43,673 bases of DNA. Source: Hydrurus foetidus (taxonomy: Eukaryota). A program made the translations under genes and the position numbers. The notes below the pieces were generated by a model. The model saw only the letters and a list, made by a program, of their open reading frames with translations, was not told the origin of the DNA and searched no databases. The DNA lies in the NCBI GenBank assembly GCA_900617105.1, contig UYFQ01000176.1, positions 1 to 43,673 on the forward strand. The letters are read 5' to 3'. Below, piece after piece: positions 23,296 to 35,375 of this stretch (its first letter is position 1; the number at the start of each line of letters is the position of its first letter).

Positions 23296-23603
23296 GCACC
23301 AACCCAGCAAAATACAGGATATGCGATATGCGTACTATATTTGTCGAATCATTCAGTCTTTCTATTCAGTGTGTGGAGTGCTATACGTCGCTATTTTCTA
23401 TTTTCCATTTTCCTACTTTCCTATTTTCTATTCTGGATTTTCGGAGATGGGAGTTGAGTTCGAATCTCTTCGATTTTTTTTTGGTGTAGGACGGATATTG
23501 ATCAAATAGCGCGGAGAGCAGGGTACTTTAGGAATATAATTGCAGGAGGGAGTGAAACAAAAAATTCATCAGTCACATATTTTGACATACGAAGGAAATC
23601 ACA

Positions 23604-25356
23604 ATGGGAAACAAGTCTAGCTCGTACATTGCAGGTGATGGCAGCACGGGAAATACCGACGCTGCCGCAGCACTGCCCGGCGGCTCATACACCAGTATGG
23701 AACTTTCGATTACTTGCCAGGGATTACGCGATTCGAACACTTATTCGAAGATGGATCCATTTGTCGTGATCTGGCTTCTCAAGGGGACGCAATGGGTTGA
23801 AGTCACCCGTACTGAAACTGTGGATAACAACATGAGCCCTTGCTTTGACTCAGTACTTGCCCGATTTGATGTAGGTGCAATCGAAAGGCTAAGATTTGTT
23901 GTTTACGATGCGGAGAATTGTGGGACAACCGACCTTCGTCACAACAAGTGTGTCGGTGAAGCTGAGACAACCGTGAGCGACATCATGGAACGTGATGCGT
24001 GGAAATCCGAACTGAAAAAGAAAGGATCCTCAGGCAGTCAAGGGATGATCTCCGTATGTGGGGAGAAGATGGTCGACAGCAGTATCGAGGTCTTAATGAA
24101 CATGCGCATCGAAGATGCTGAGCAATACGAGACTTTCTCCACCGTTAAGCCATTTCTACGAATCTCGAGAGTAGGTGGATTGGGAGGACCTCCAATGAAA
24201 TGTGCTCAGACTAACGTGGGCAAGGGGAAGTCAGTGAAATTCGATCAACTGAAAGTCTCATTCACGCATCTTGCGAACAGCGACATTCACCGCAACTTGA
24301 AGTTCGAGCTCTTTGACTTCGAATCCAGCGGCAAGCATGTTCTCCTTGCGGATACAAGTATGACTTTAGTTCAGCTTCAACAGCGCATCATGGAGGGCAA
24401 AGGCGGGCTTGGAATTCCAATGAACAACTGTCGCAAACCAGGCAAACCTTGTGCAACCACCCTAATGTTCGACTATTTCCAGGCCGCGAGAGTGCCCACT
24501 TTATGGGATTACTTGAAAGGTTAGCATTCATCTTCATTAAATAGTAGTCGACCCCTTCCTCCTTCGTCGTTACTGACTTATCTTCTCGTCAACAGCTGGG
24601 ACGGATCTGTCCTTCGTGACAGCTGTGGACTTCACAGGATCGAACGGACTGTCCCCATCATTCTTCTCAGCGTTCATCAAAACCAGCCAGGAAGAAAAGA
24701 AGAGAGACGCCATCGACACCTACCTGTCAGCGATCAGAGAAATCGGTGGTGTTTTGGAGACCTACGACACGGACGGTTCTTTCCCCGCGTACGGCTTCCA
24801 GGGAGAGTACTGCTTCCCTCTGAACGGAAACGAGGAGGACCCATCCGTCAAAGGTGTCCCAGGAATGATCGAGGCATTCCATCAAGCTCTGCAACACGTC
24901 AAGCTGGTAGGCAACACCGAGATAGTCCCCGTCATCAAGAGGGCGGCCACCATTGCCAAAGGCCCTGTAGCCTTCGGCAGCATCCAGAAATACCTGGCCA
25001 TGATCATCTTGACGGACGGATCATTCAAGGACGCCAAGGCAATCGTGGAGGAAATGGCCACCGTCTCCGCTCTGCCGATCTCATTCATCTTCGTCGTTGT
25101 AGGAGAGGACTCGGACGGAAGCAACATGAAGAAGTTCGAGGCGCTGAAGAAGTCATGCAGAGAATTCACGAACCGAGACATGATGCAGATTATCCAGATG
25201 CACTCTCTCAAAGACCTCTCCACGAACGCGAGAAAATTCTCCATCGCGAGAAACATGATCAAGGAGCTGCCAGGACAGGCAGTCGAGTACTACACTCAGC
25301 TGAAGATCATGCCATATCAATCCAACATGGGGCCATGCAATCTCAACCATCTTTAA
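23604..25356 (+). CDS. Copine family protein (C2A-C2B-vWA), 558 aa; exons 23604-24519 and 24596-25356
   Basis: C2 motifs (ELSITCQGLRDSNTYSKMDPFVV, RTETVDNNMSPCF, LKFELFDFESSGKH). A 76-bp GT-AG intron joins DYLK-AGTDLSFVTAVDFTGSNG. vWA motifs FPAYGF, IILTDG and LPISFIFVVVG are present. The MGNKSS start fits N-myristoylation. Confidence 0.95.
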
Positions 25357-26508
25357 CTTCATGGTATGTCGATACCAAGTGACTCCTGTCGCCACCTTGC
25401 GTGCTGTCGGGTCAAAACAACCGTTCTTTCTCTCTCTCTCTCTGTCTTCAACTCTTCACACAGCCTTTCTCGACATCAACAACTCTACACCTTCGAACCA
25501 TACCCAAGCGATTTGGCGTTGTAGTGGAGTTGTCTGCGCGCTGCTCTATAGTTATAATCCTTAGTTAGGAAACTCCTCTGTGTTGGTGTGCGGAACTCTT
25601 ACCCTATTTTTACCTGACTTGCTCTTTCCTACAATGCATTCTCTCAAAGCAAATTGTATTCCTTTACACATGGAGTTTCGAATCCAATCGTTTTTCTCGA
25701 ATCTATGAATAATACTAGCACCAATTTACTTTTACTCCGTGGGGTACATGAAATAAATTATATATCTTATAGTGGAACATTTACTTACAGAAAAAATGAG
25801 CTACTTCGTAATTAAGTAAATTTGCCCTTCTTCAGTACTCCTTATTCTGAACTCTGATTATCGAAATCAAAGAATGAAATCTGAAGTTTGTTTTCTGTAA
25901 TCAAGTCTCTCTGTACTAGATCTCTGAGGCCTCCAGTTGTCATGTGTGTGAGCATTGGTGTGTAATCTGCATGACGCAGTTCTAGTGTCAGTAGATGCAG
26001 TGTAACACGGAGTCTACATCACATGTCCGAGAGTCAGGATACGACAATTTGGTAGAGATGGACTGGAAATAATGAAGTTGTGTTTGATCAGACGGTAATC
26101 GAGCCAGATAGCTAGCTGTTCAAGGTACGAATCCTTCCTAATGTCCGGTCAGGTCACGTTAAGTACGTCTTGCAGCGTGGAAAAATGTCCATCGCGTCTG
26201 GGGAAAGAAGGTAAGGCAATCTAACGATGCGATTTCATGCCCTGTGCTTGAACGTCACAACACTTCTGCACAGAGCAATCACAGACAGGACAGCCTTATC
26301 CACATCAACCGCGGTGTTGAAGCGGGGAGGGGATTGCTTACCGCGTGTTAGCTGCTGACAAACTTTACTTTATGTCCTGCATTCCAATACTCGGGATTTA
26401 GGATAAGGGAGCTGCGACGCACTCTTCCACTGCAGGGTTAAGATTCAGTGTACCACACATTACTGCACCATGCAGTAAATAGAAACAAGAACTTGTTGCT
26501 CGCAGCTC

Positions 26509-28641
26509 TCATCGCAACCACCATGGCTGACCCGCACTCACTAAAAGTCCACCATTCTGCTGCATAGCAACTGGTACGATGTCGCTGAGAGTCTTCTCGT
26601 TTCTTCGGATGTGAAGCAAATCCGATGAATCGGCATCTATGAGTGAGAGATTGACAGCAACGTCTTTGGGGAAGTAGAGTCTCGCGCACTGTAGACCGAT
26701 CCTGATACATCGCACAGGAGATCATAATCAGGTAAATTATGCAGTAGATAAATCACATGCCACTAGCACCGATGTCAGGATACATTGATTCAGTACCTTT
26801 TCGGTTCGGGACCCATTAAATGACCCCCGTCCCCAACAGGGCGACCGAGAGGTGAGGCGACACCAATGCTACTTCGTACATCCTGCGCGCAGTCATCGTC
26901 ATCTAAAGAGTCTAGAAGTCCTTCAACTGGACCGTATCGCGTGTCTCCTACGATGCTCGCACCTATTGCAGCGAGCTGAAGTCTAATCTGATGGGTCCTG
27001 CCCGTGACCAGCCGTATTTCGCACTGGAACAGCTCGGACGTTTCTTCGTTACTCTTCTCTTCATCCAGCACATCGCCTGATTTAGATGGCGATCTTTCAG
27101 CATTGAGCAGATGCATAGCGCCCTCTGATGACAAGTCACCTCGGTTGAGTTTCTTGCAGCTCATCACTTCAAGCTCGGCTAACTGCCATATCGACCCAAG
27201 CTGGATGCCTGAGCGACTTCCTTGATATGTTGTGCTCAGAACGTCTTCGGAAGAACGCAAATTCTTTACTTTAGGCAACTTTTTATTTCTTCCTTGTTTT
27301 AGAGTGTTATTGTCTCTTTCGTCCCCGATTTTTGATCCAAGTTGGTTGTCACTGGTCCTCATACCCCCTTTATTCCTTGCCCTGTTTTGAGTCGACTCCA
27401 TAAAATCATTGGTTCTGAACGCCTCCTTTAATTCAAGCAGTGATAAATCGTAAGCTCGCAGAAGAGTAGGTTTGGCATTATCGTGAGATTTCGATTTTCT
27501 TCGGAAGCAGTGCTGGTGGATTCCAAGAGGAATTTTTTTCCGACACAGCGCAAGATAAACTTTGCCTATTGCCTTATCTGCGATAGCTTTTCCAAGAATA
27601 GCAGCTGCGGCTTTATTTCTTGCTAATGGAATAAGTCCTACAGTGATTGCATGTTGCAGTGGCAATAAGGATGTTAGCAGTAGCTGTGATCGCTGTTTAT
27701 GTCGGTCACGAGGTTAGCTCAATTGGGTCTAAAAGGACTTTGAATAGCTAATTCGTAGGTGCAACGTACAGGGCTGATGGATTTGCGCCTGATTTTACCT
27801 GAGGTACATACGTCTAATCGAGAGCCGAGATGTAGTGGAGGACTGGTACGTGGTAATGTCCGCTGCACTTGACTCATCATATTTTCGTAGTAGTTGTCGA
27901 GAGTGGATGACACAGGCACGCCAGCAACTTTGTCGACGAATAGAATCTGGGCTACGAGCTGAGCGGGATGGGAGAGAATTCTGTTCAACAGTACAGTTAA
28001 TAATCTGTGAGGCCGTAAAGTTCTATCGAAGAGATACAGTGAAATTTCAAATACGACCTTTCCATCCAATCGACTCCAGAGATAGCTTCGACACAACGGC
28101 GTGGATTCACATGCACTCTGCAGTATGACCCTGCGGGCACCGCAGTGTCGGCTATCAAGACTCTTTTGATCAGTTTTTTATCGTTTATGTCTTTCTCCGA
28201 GGAGCCGCCTGTCGCTGCCATCTTTCCGGAGACGACCACAGTGCTTGTGCCGCTTTTCGCGGCACTTATTCCGAACTTTGAATTGGCGTTCGACAATGAT
28301 ACATAAACAGCGCCGAATAAGATGAGTTCATTGATGTACAAAGGAGGAAGTCCAGTTTCGAAGGCAATTAATGATGTCAGAGAAGGGAAGTCAATCTCAT
28401 TCTGAATGTGGTGGATGAGAGGTGGATAAAGAAGAGGTCCTGAATTGCCAGATATGATCAGCGTGTTTGCTCTGGGAAAATTTGGATCAGGACAGTAGGT
28501 TTCGCATGACTGTATAACATTTCTACGTCTGAAGCCAATTCCATGTGATTGGAGATTGCGACAATCGATTTTTGTAACGAGTTGTGCAGATTTCTGACAA
28601 AAACTCAGAAGAATTGTTGTTGAAGCAACATATGCGATCAT
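26509..28641 (-). CDS. RluA-family RNA pseudouridine synthase, probably organelle (plastid) targeted; introns 27981-28057, 27638-27798, 26702-26796
   Basis: VDKVAGVP, catalytic SRLDVCTSG, KVYLAL, IRLVTGRTHQIRLQLAAIGASIVGDTRY and IGLQCARL. Three GT-AG introns keep the frame. The N-terminus MIAYVASTTILLSFC is hydrophobic. Confidence 0.9.
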
Positions 28642-28755
28642 GTGGTATTTTGTTTCGGACAATAGTGCAGAATATGGTATGCTACATAAATATATTACTG
28701 TACAGCATATTGCTTAGAGTGGGGTGCCTATTTTTAAGAGCAGCTGTTGGATATA

Positions 28756-30790
28756 ACGTAGTGTCCGGATGGCTCATAACCTTTTGTCCTCATAATCGTT
28801 CTTTTATTATGACACTATCCGGACCTGCACTATACAGTTTCAAAAATAGTACTCGAAGTACATACAAACGGTTACAATTATCTTAAAATAGAAATAAAAC
28901 GCATATCAAAGCTACTCGTCATCGCTGTTGACTTCACCATCCGATTTTGCACCTAACTCATCAGCAATTTCATGATTCTCGACATCTTCATCAATAGCAG
29001 GGTAATCAACAATTTGAGCTTGCTCGAACTGAGCAGTCAACTGCATCTCCTCTGATCTCATCTGCCTAAAGCAGCCGTCTTCAGCGAAACAATTTTTGAT
29101 ACACGATATCATCTCCGGCGTCCTAAGAGCTTCTATGCCTTTCTGTACAAAGCCTGTTATAAATGGCTTCAGTGCACCCATGGTCAACTTTGGGGCGAAA
29201 GTGGTCACTGCGAAACCTTTGGCTTTGTGCACTTGAAATAGACTATCGAGATGATCCCTGTATGCGCTGCGCACCGCTACTTTGAAGGGCTTATTGACGA
29301 CGACGTCACACTCTTGGATAGCATCTGTACAGCAAGCTGGGACGAACAAGGGGTAGATAAAGTTGGCCTTCAAATACGCCAGTACGCTGACATCCTTGTG
29401 CGTGAAGTGTAGATCGTGCTTCAGAATAGTTGCTTGGTTAGCAGGAAGTCCAAGAGTCCGGATCATGTTGTTCTTATACGGAACAATTATTTTCTCGATG
29501 ACCTCGAGATAGGTCTGGACTGACTGCCAATGGCTAGTAGTGTGAGTCCACAGACACTCTTCAGGTCTAATTGATGACGGGTGGCAGCGGGCTGTCTTTC
29601 CGGCGAAGATCATTTGGTACGGTAGTACGTTCCCGGCCTCCGTAACAAATATTGTTGTTGTGATCTGTGCCTTATCATCGCCCATGCCGAGTATCTTCAC
29701 TCGTTTGACGCCCTTCGCGCATCTTGTAGTTCTGGCGCGATTCACGAATTGAACTGCCGTCTCGTCGCCATTGATGACCAGTTCTGGTGGAACGTTGTGT
29801 CTGAATATCAGATCAGCACCGATTCTCATGTAGATTGCTTTTTTAGCTTCGAAGTCCATCGGCAGTTCCCTCATCTTCGTGGTACAGACTCTCAGCACCA
29901 GATTGTGCCTCCTGTAAAATCGCATGGCCCATGAATGTCCGTAGTCGTGAGATCCACCGTTTTCTCTCATCAGCCCCTCCTTGCCAGCCTCAATGAGGCG
30001 AACCTTCAGAAAGCGTCGTAGAATCACGTCGTCTATCGATAATCCACAAGATCTGCTGCTCTCACAATCAGCTAGTAATTTGAGGTCAATCTCAGTGCCG
30101 TATGATGCGACCCGTACTTTTGAAACAACTGTAAGATCTCTCTTACTCTCAAAATCCTTCTTCCATAGGTTCAATCGCTGATATACTGCAGTTTCCGAAA
30201 TACCCAAAAACTCTTCACGGAAGCTTTTCACAGCTTGTCTGTTACCGTAGATCTGCGCTTCACTCGCAATATCTTCCCAATTGGGAGGCCTTTTGTGCCT
30301 TTTCACTCGCTCGGCTGGTGGAGAGATGAGATCTGGGATATCTTCGGCCACAGAATCTATCTGATCCTGGACAATTTCTTCTTCTGTTCTTCTATCATCT
30401 GCTGGACCTCCAGCGATAAAATAATTCCTTCTCTTACGTGCTGCTGATTTTCTTGCTTCTTTCTCATCTGCAATTTCTTTCCTTAAATTCTGTTGCGCCT
30501 CTGCAATTTTTTGTGATTTCTCCTCATCATGAAACCTTTGGACATGCATGTTGGCTCGATGCAATTCTTTTTTTGTGACGGAGCTGAAAAACTTGCGCAT
30601 ATCCATTGCCCGCTGGGCACTCATTTTGAGCGGAGGGAAGGAACCAACGGAAAATCTCTCTGACTGATGTCCTCATAATCGGATGCCCTCATAATTCTAG
30701 AAATAAAATAATGAGATCATCCGGACCAGCACTCACCACTTTTGACGAAGATTATGAGGTATCCGGTTATGAGCCATCCGGACACTACGT
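28756..30790 (-). mobile_element. Intact pogo-like (Tc1/mariner superfamily) DNA transposon inserted in the copia 5' LTR
   Basis: Perfect 26-bp TIRs ACGTAGTGTCCGGATGGCTCATAACC (28756-28781; 30765-30790) and TA TSD. The empty site TGTTGGATATAGCAT is visible in the 3' LTR. Confidence 0.96.
28912..30624 (-). CDS. pogo-like DDE_1 transposase, 570 aa, uninterrupted
   Basis: CENP-B-like HTH (HSWAMRFYRRHNL), NGDETA, KHDLHFTH and VPACCTDAIQECDVVVNKPFK; 35 residues between the 2nd and 3rd Asp (DD35D). Confidence 0.93.
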   Translation of the reverse strand: MSAQRAMDMRKFFSSVTKKELHRANMHVQRFHDEEKSQKIAEAQQNLRKEIADEKEARKSAARKRRNYFIAGGPADDRRTEEEIVQDQIDSVAEDIPDLISPPAERVKRHKRPPNWEDIASEAQIYGNRQAVKSFREEFLGISETAVYQRLNLWKKDFESKRDLTVVSKVRVASYGTEIDLKLLADCESSRSCGLSIDDVILRRFLKVRLIEAGKEGLMRENGGSHDYGHSWAMRFYRRHNLVLRVCTTKMRELPMDFEAKKAIYMRIGADLIFRHNVPPELVINGDETAVQFVNRARTTRCAKGVKRVKILGMGDDKAQITTTIFVTEAGNVLPYQMIFAGKTARCHPSSIRPEECLWTHTTSHWQSVQTYLEVIEKIIVPYKNNMIRTLGLPANQATILKHDLHFTHKDVSVLAYLKANFIYPLFVPACCTDAIQECDVVVNKPFKVAVRSAYRDHLDSLFQVHKAKGFAVTTFAPKLTMGALKPFITGFVQKGIEALRTPEMISCIKNCFAEDGCFRQMRSEEMQLTAQFEQAQIVDYPAIDEDVENHEIADELGAKSDGEVNSDDE

Positions 30791-30792
30791 TA

Positions 30793-31176
30793 GCATAGCT
30801 ATCCCTATGGGGACAATCTCTTTGGGGACAATCCCTTTGGGGTAATATCATTCAAGCCCAAGCGGAGGAGCGAGGGTAGCACTTTTGGAACCGAGAACCA
30901 TCACTCATGTGATGTACTGGAAGTTGCAACTGATGATGACTATGAACAGTCAACTGTAGCTAGTTTAGCTAGACATGAACTGCTTTGTATTGACACCCTG
31001 AGCACTTCTAATTAAAAGAGACTATATGGCTGTGTGTCATTATACCTACACTAGAGTGAGCTGTTGGAGCAACTTTGGTCGACTAGCTGAAAGCAAAGTG
31101 TATTCTGAACGAATCACTGCTATCAACCAGGTGCTTTGATTGGATCCAGGATCCAGAAGACAGTTTTATTCCAAGA
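30793..31176 (+). repeat. Main part of the copia 5' LTR (includes a 15-bp tandem repeat TCCCTTTGGGGACAA x about 3 near 30802-30846)
   Basis: Matches 39614-39997. Confidence 0.97.
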
Positions 31177-31187
31177 TAATTAGAAGT
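31177..31187 (+). promoter_or_regulatory. Non-tRNA primer-binding-site position TAATTAGAAGT, complementary to LTR 31004-31014
   Basis: Abuts the LTR end, has no TGG, and is the exact reverse complement of ACTTCTAATTA in the LTR. The function is inferred. Confidence 0.7.
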
Positions 31188-31202
31188 CATTAGCTGCTCA
31201 GA

Positions 31203-34200
31203 ATGAGCCAGCGAGGCGAGAAGGGCGCTGTCCAACCGAGACCAGAGAAGGGTGGAAAGTTTGAAAAATCCACGATCGGAGATGGCGTGAAGCCAGAGAA
31301 TCTTCCTGAGATAGCCCACAATGGCTGGAAAGAATGGGACGACAACATGCAGATTCTGAAAGAGTACATGCGAGTCAACTTTCAAGACCTTGAGTCAATC
31401 TGTCCCGACCCCATGATGCTGTCGATAAAACCTGCATATGAGGTTTACGAATTTGCAGAACCTGACTATGAAAAATTGGAGGCTCTGAACGACACTACTG
31501 ATCCAAAGGGATTTCGAGCAAAGCTAATGTTGGCAGACTTGAATAGTGAGAGAGCAGTCATCACGAAGATGAAAAAGAAGCAAATGGAGGACCGACGATC
31601 AGCATATCGACTGATCCGATCGATGTGTTCACCATCGCTAAATGCGATTTTGATAGTGAATGCCAAATTCATCGCTGTCAAATTCGAGGATCCACTCGAA
31701 CTGCTTGCAGTTATCAAGTCAGTTGTTGCATCCAGATGTGATGGAAATCAGGAATTGGAGCGGTCCGAGGCCCTACGGGACTGGTATACACTCACCATGA
31801 GTACGGGCGAAGAGATCGTAACGTACGGACGGCGCGCAGTCAAGCTTTTCGACCGACTTGCTGCGACAGGAGTACCAACAGCACAAATTCCAGATGCAAA
31901 ACAACAAGCCATGAGGTTAATTGACGGTCTAAGTAGCACCGTGCAGGTCTACCACGACTACAAAAACTACCTCAGCAACTCCCTCGAGTGCACCGCTATC
32001 GACATCTATCCGAAGACTTTGGTGGAGGCCATCAATGGAGCAACCCGATTCCATCGAGGGGCGAAGGGTAGCGCATTGCAATCAGCGATAGCGACTCCCC
32101 ACACGGCACTGGCGGCGAAGAACCCTGGCAAACAGGGTGGTCCCCCCAAAGGGAGAAAAACCACCTGCCAAAGACAAGGCCAAAAAGATCGATGCTGACA
32201 AGATTAAGGAGCCGAAAGTGAAATTTGCTAAGGAATCAAAGGAAGGCAAGTTCAGTGGAACCTGCTACTACTGCAAGAAAGTCGGTCACCGTGCTAGTGA
32301 GTGCAGAAAGAAGGCAGCGGATGAGGCCGATTCAGCACCAAAAACTTCATACTCGGCCATTAGACAAACCGACGAAGATGACACCAACGACGAAGACAAT
32401 GGGCATACAGCTTTTGGCCAAATGTGGGACCAAGAGGTTAACGAGAATCAGTATGGCGACAGGCACTGTAGTATGTGCCTCACCACCACCTCACCGGTGG
32501 AATTCGCAACCCTCGGTCCTCGGACTGATTTTTCCGCAAACCAACACATCAACCAACAAAGTACCTCGGAGGCCATCTTCGACACAGGAGCTACTGGAAC
32601 CATCATTACATGTGCAGATGTTCTGACTGACATTGCAACATGCACTCCAACTGTATTCAAAGGCTTGCATGGTTCCCTTACTGTAACTAAAGCAGGACTT
32701 CTTCGAGACATTGGTATTGTTCATTTTGATCCGCGAGCTGGACTTTCCATCATCTCGGCATCGGATTGCCTGTTGCAAGGACACAACTGGGAGTTTCGCC
32801 AAGGTTCTACAATAGATCAAGATGCATTTCTGCTTCACACTGATCAGAATACATACAAATTTCAACACCGTGGAGGGCTGTATGTCAGCGATTTGGCAAC
32901 GCCTCCAGAGCCGCGATACTCTGACGCCGCAGAGCGCAGAAATGGATATGCACACCCCGCAGTGGTGAAAACACCATCTAGCAACTTATTCTACTCTACT
33001 AAGCTAGAAACAACGGCAGGAAACGAAGCCAACTTCACAAAACGCGAAGTTCAAAGAAGCGTCGATGCACGACGTTTGCAAGCGAGTTTAGAATTCCCAC
33101 CAGATCAGAAATTCATTTCTGCTTTGAGGGCTGGGACATTTCTCAACTGCGACATCTTACCTGAAGACATCGCACGTGCCACAGCAATTTGGGGAGCAAG
33201 CACGGCTTCGCTCAAAGGACGCACTATTAGGCTGAGGCCTATGCCACCACCACAACTACCTACAACGGCCCGCAACAGTGACGATCAACACATGCATTGT
33301 GATGTCATGTTCATAAATCGACACCCATTTCTAGTTTCAATTACTCATCCACTGGGTATCGTTTCGGTGGCCTACGTTGAGAATCTCACAACGCCGGTGC
33401 TCCGACAGAGCATCAAGCGTATGTTCGGAACCATCGGGTCCCGACGCATTTCCATCGTGAAATTTACCAGCGATAATGAAAGAGGCATTGCGGCACTTGT
33501 CAACGACATGAACGCCATGGGCGTCGAGGTCATTACAGTTGGTCCAGGGCAACACGATCACATTATTGAGCAGGCACCTGAAGGAAACCATCCGTTGTAC
33601 CATCTTCAGTCTACCGTACCTCCTACCAGATATACTGATGCCTCACCTCGTCATGAGCTCAGCAAGGAAGCTTCTACTGTTCCCCTCCTCAACGAGAACA
33701 GATAGGATCTCCCCCTTCGAAGCATTCTTTGGAAGGAAGGCCGACACAAAAAAAGATATCGGACCGCCTTTCGGATCATACTGCCAAGTCACCGCAAGGG
33801 TGCTTAGCAACAACATGGATCCACGAACCATCGGATACCTATACCTGGAACCAAAGATGAATGGGACAGGTACTCATTCCTTCATGCGCATCGACACTAG
33901 GAGCGTCATATCGGCCAACCACTATGTGGTGCTACCGATACCACCACTTGTCACCACCACTGTAAATGGGTGGGCATCGAAGAATAAAATCCACATATCG
34001 CAAGAACCGATATTCACTTTCCATGATAGAGACATCACTGGAGATATCGACGATGATGTGGTAATAATGGATACACCTTCAGAATCGGAACCCACGATCC
34101 AATTTCGACATCCACCTCCTATACAACCGGTGTTCCGGGATGAAACCGACACGCCTGATACCGTGATAGAACCTCAAATTACACAAGACCAATTGGAGAT

Positions 34201-35131
34201 TCGGGGTGAAATGGAATCAGCTGTCGATGAAAATAATAGTATTTCCACTACTGACGAAGTATCTGGGCCAGAAACTAATTTTGAATCGGCATCGGAGGAG
34301 CAACCAGAGGCACTACCTACCTCCGTGCGTACGTACGTGCCCACTGCACCAATTGAAATGCGTGAGAAATCGACGAGAATCCGAAAGCCACCAGACAGAC
34401 TCAACTTAGTAGCTCAAAAACTGCCTATTTCAACGTGGAAAGAAGGAATTAGGGGTGAGTGGTCATTAATGACAGTTACCCGGGCACTGAAACTTTTTCC
34501 GGACAAGGCTACCGCAGCCATCGAGTCAGAGGTCAAATCACTACTTGCCAAGGGGACATTTTCGGGTGTGCACATGGAACAGCTATCACCTACTCAGAAG
34601 CAGAAGATACTGCGTTCTAACATGTATGTTGTGGAGAAATACCTCCCAACACTGAATTCGAATGGTGATCGCCAGATCGACAAGGTCAAGGCACGTTTCT
34701 GTGTGGATGGGCGTGCTCAAGTTAGAGAAGACTACGCTGCAGATGAAGTTGAGTCACCTACAGCGACTATAGCTTCCATCTTTACAGTTGCACAAATTGC
34801 TGCTGTGGAAAACCGTTTCATTATGGTCGGGGACGTTGGGTCCGCGTACCTCAACGCCGATATGCCTAAGGAAAAACCGGATAAAATCCTCCATATGTTC
34901 ATTGATAAGAATGTGGCCGACGCAATCATCAAACAAGACAAATCATTTGAGTGCTACCGAAGACACAATGGAGGGCTAGTGGTGAGACTGGACAAAGCAC
35001 TTTACAGGTGTATCGAGTCCGCCAAACTATGGTATAACGAAATAGCCGGAACACTTGGCCGTAATGGGTTTACGGCCAACCCGCGCGATATTTGCGTCTT
35101 TTATAAGGACGTCAAAGGGAACCAATTTACT
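31203..35131 (+). pseudogene. gag-pol: Copia gag-pol, 5' part (Gag, CCHC, protease, integrase, RT N-terminus); frameshifts near 32150 and 33570
   Basis: CYYCKKVGHRASEC, AIFDTGAT, HCDVMFI...FTSDNE...HIIE, KVKARFCVDGRAQ, GDVGSAYLNA and RLDKALYRCIESAKLWY. Confidence 0.95.
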
Positions 35132-35375
35132 CTCCTTATCGCACCATTTTTACGAGAACGAGTTTCTTATTTTCTTGTAAACCTAACTCGACTTTTTTTC
35201 CCGGAGTTTCACTCCTTATCGCGGAAGCATTACGAGAACGATTTTATTTTGTGTTCTAGCACTCCTTACCGTGCGAGTTCAAAATACGAGTTTTGGATTC
35301 ACAAATTCCGTGCAGCCGCATGCATCCTTTGAACATATGTTATCAACATAATCAAATCATATCAAGACCTTCACG

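Noticed and set aside
32137..32198. Programmed gag-pol frameshift in the copia element
   Set aside because: The shift lies in homopolymer runs upstream of the zinc knuckle, and the element has other frameshifts (about 33570 and 38597). Decay or sequencing error is more likely.
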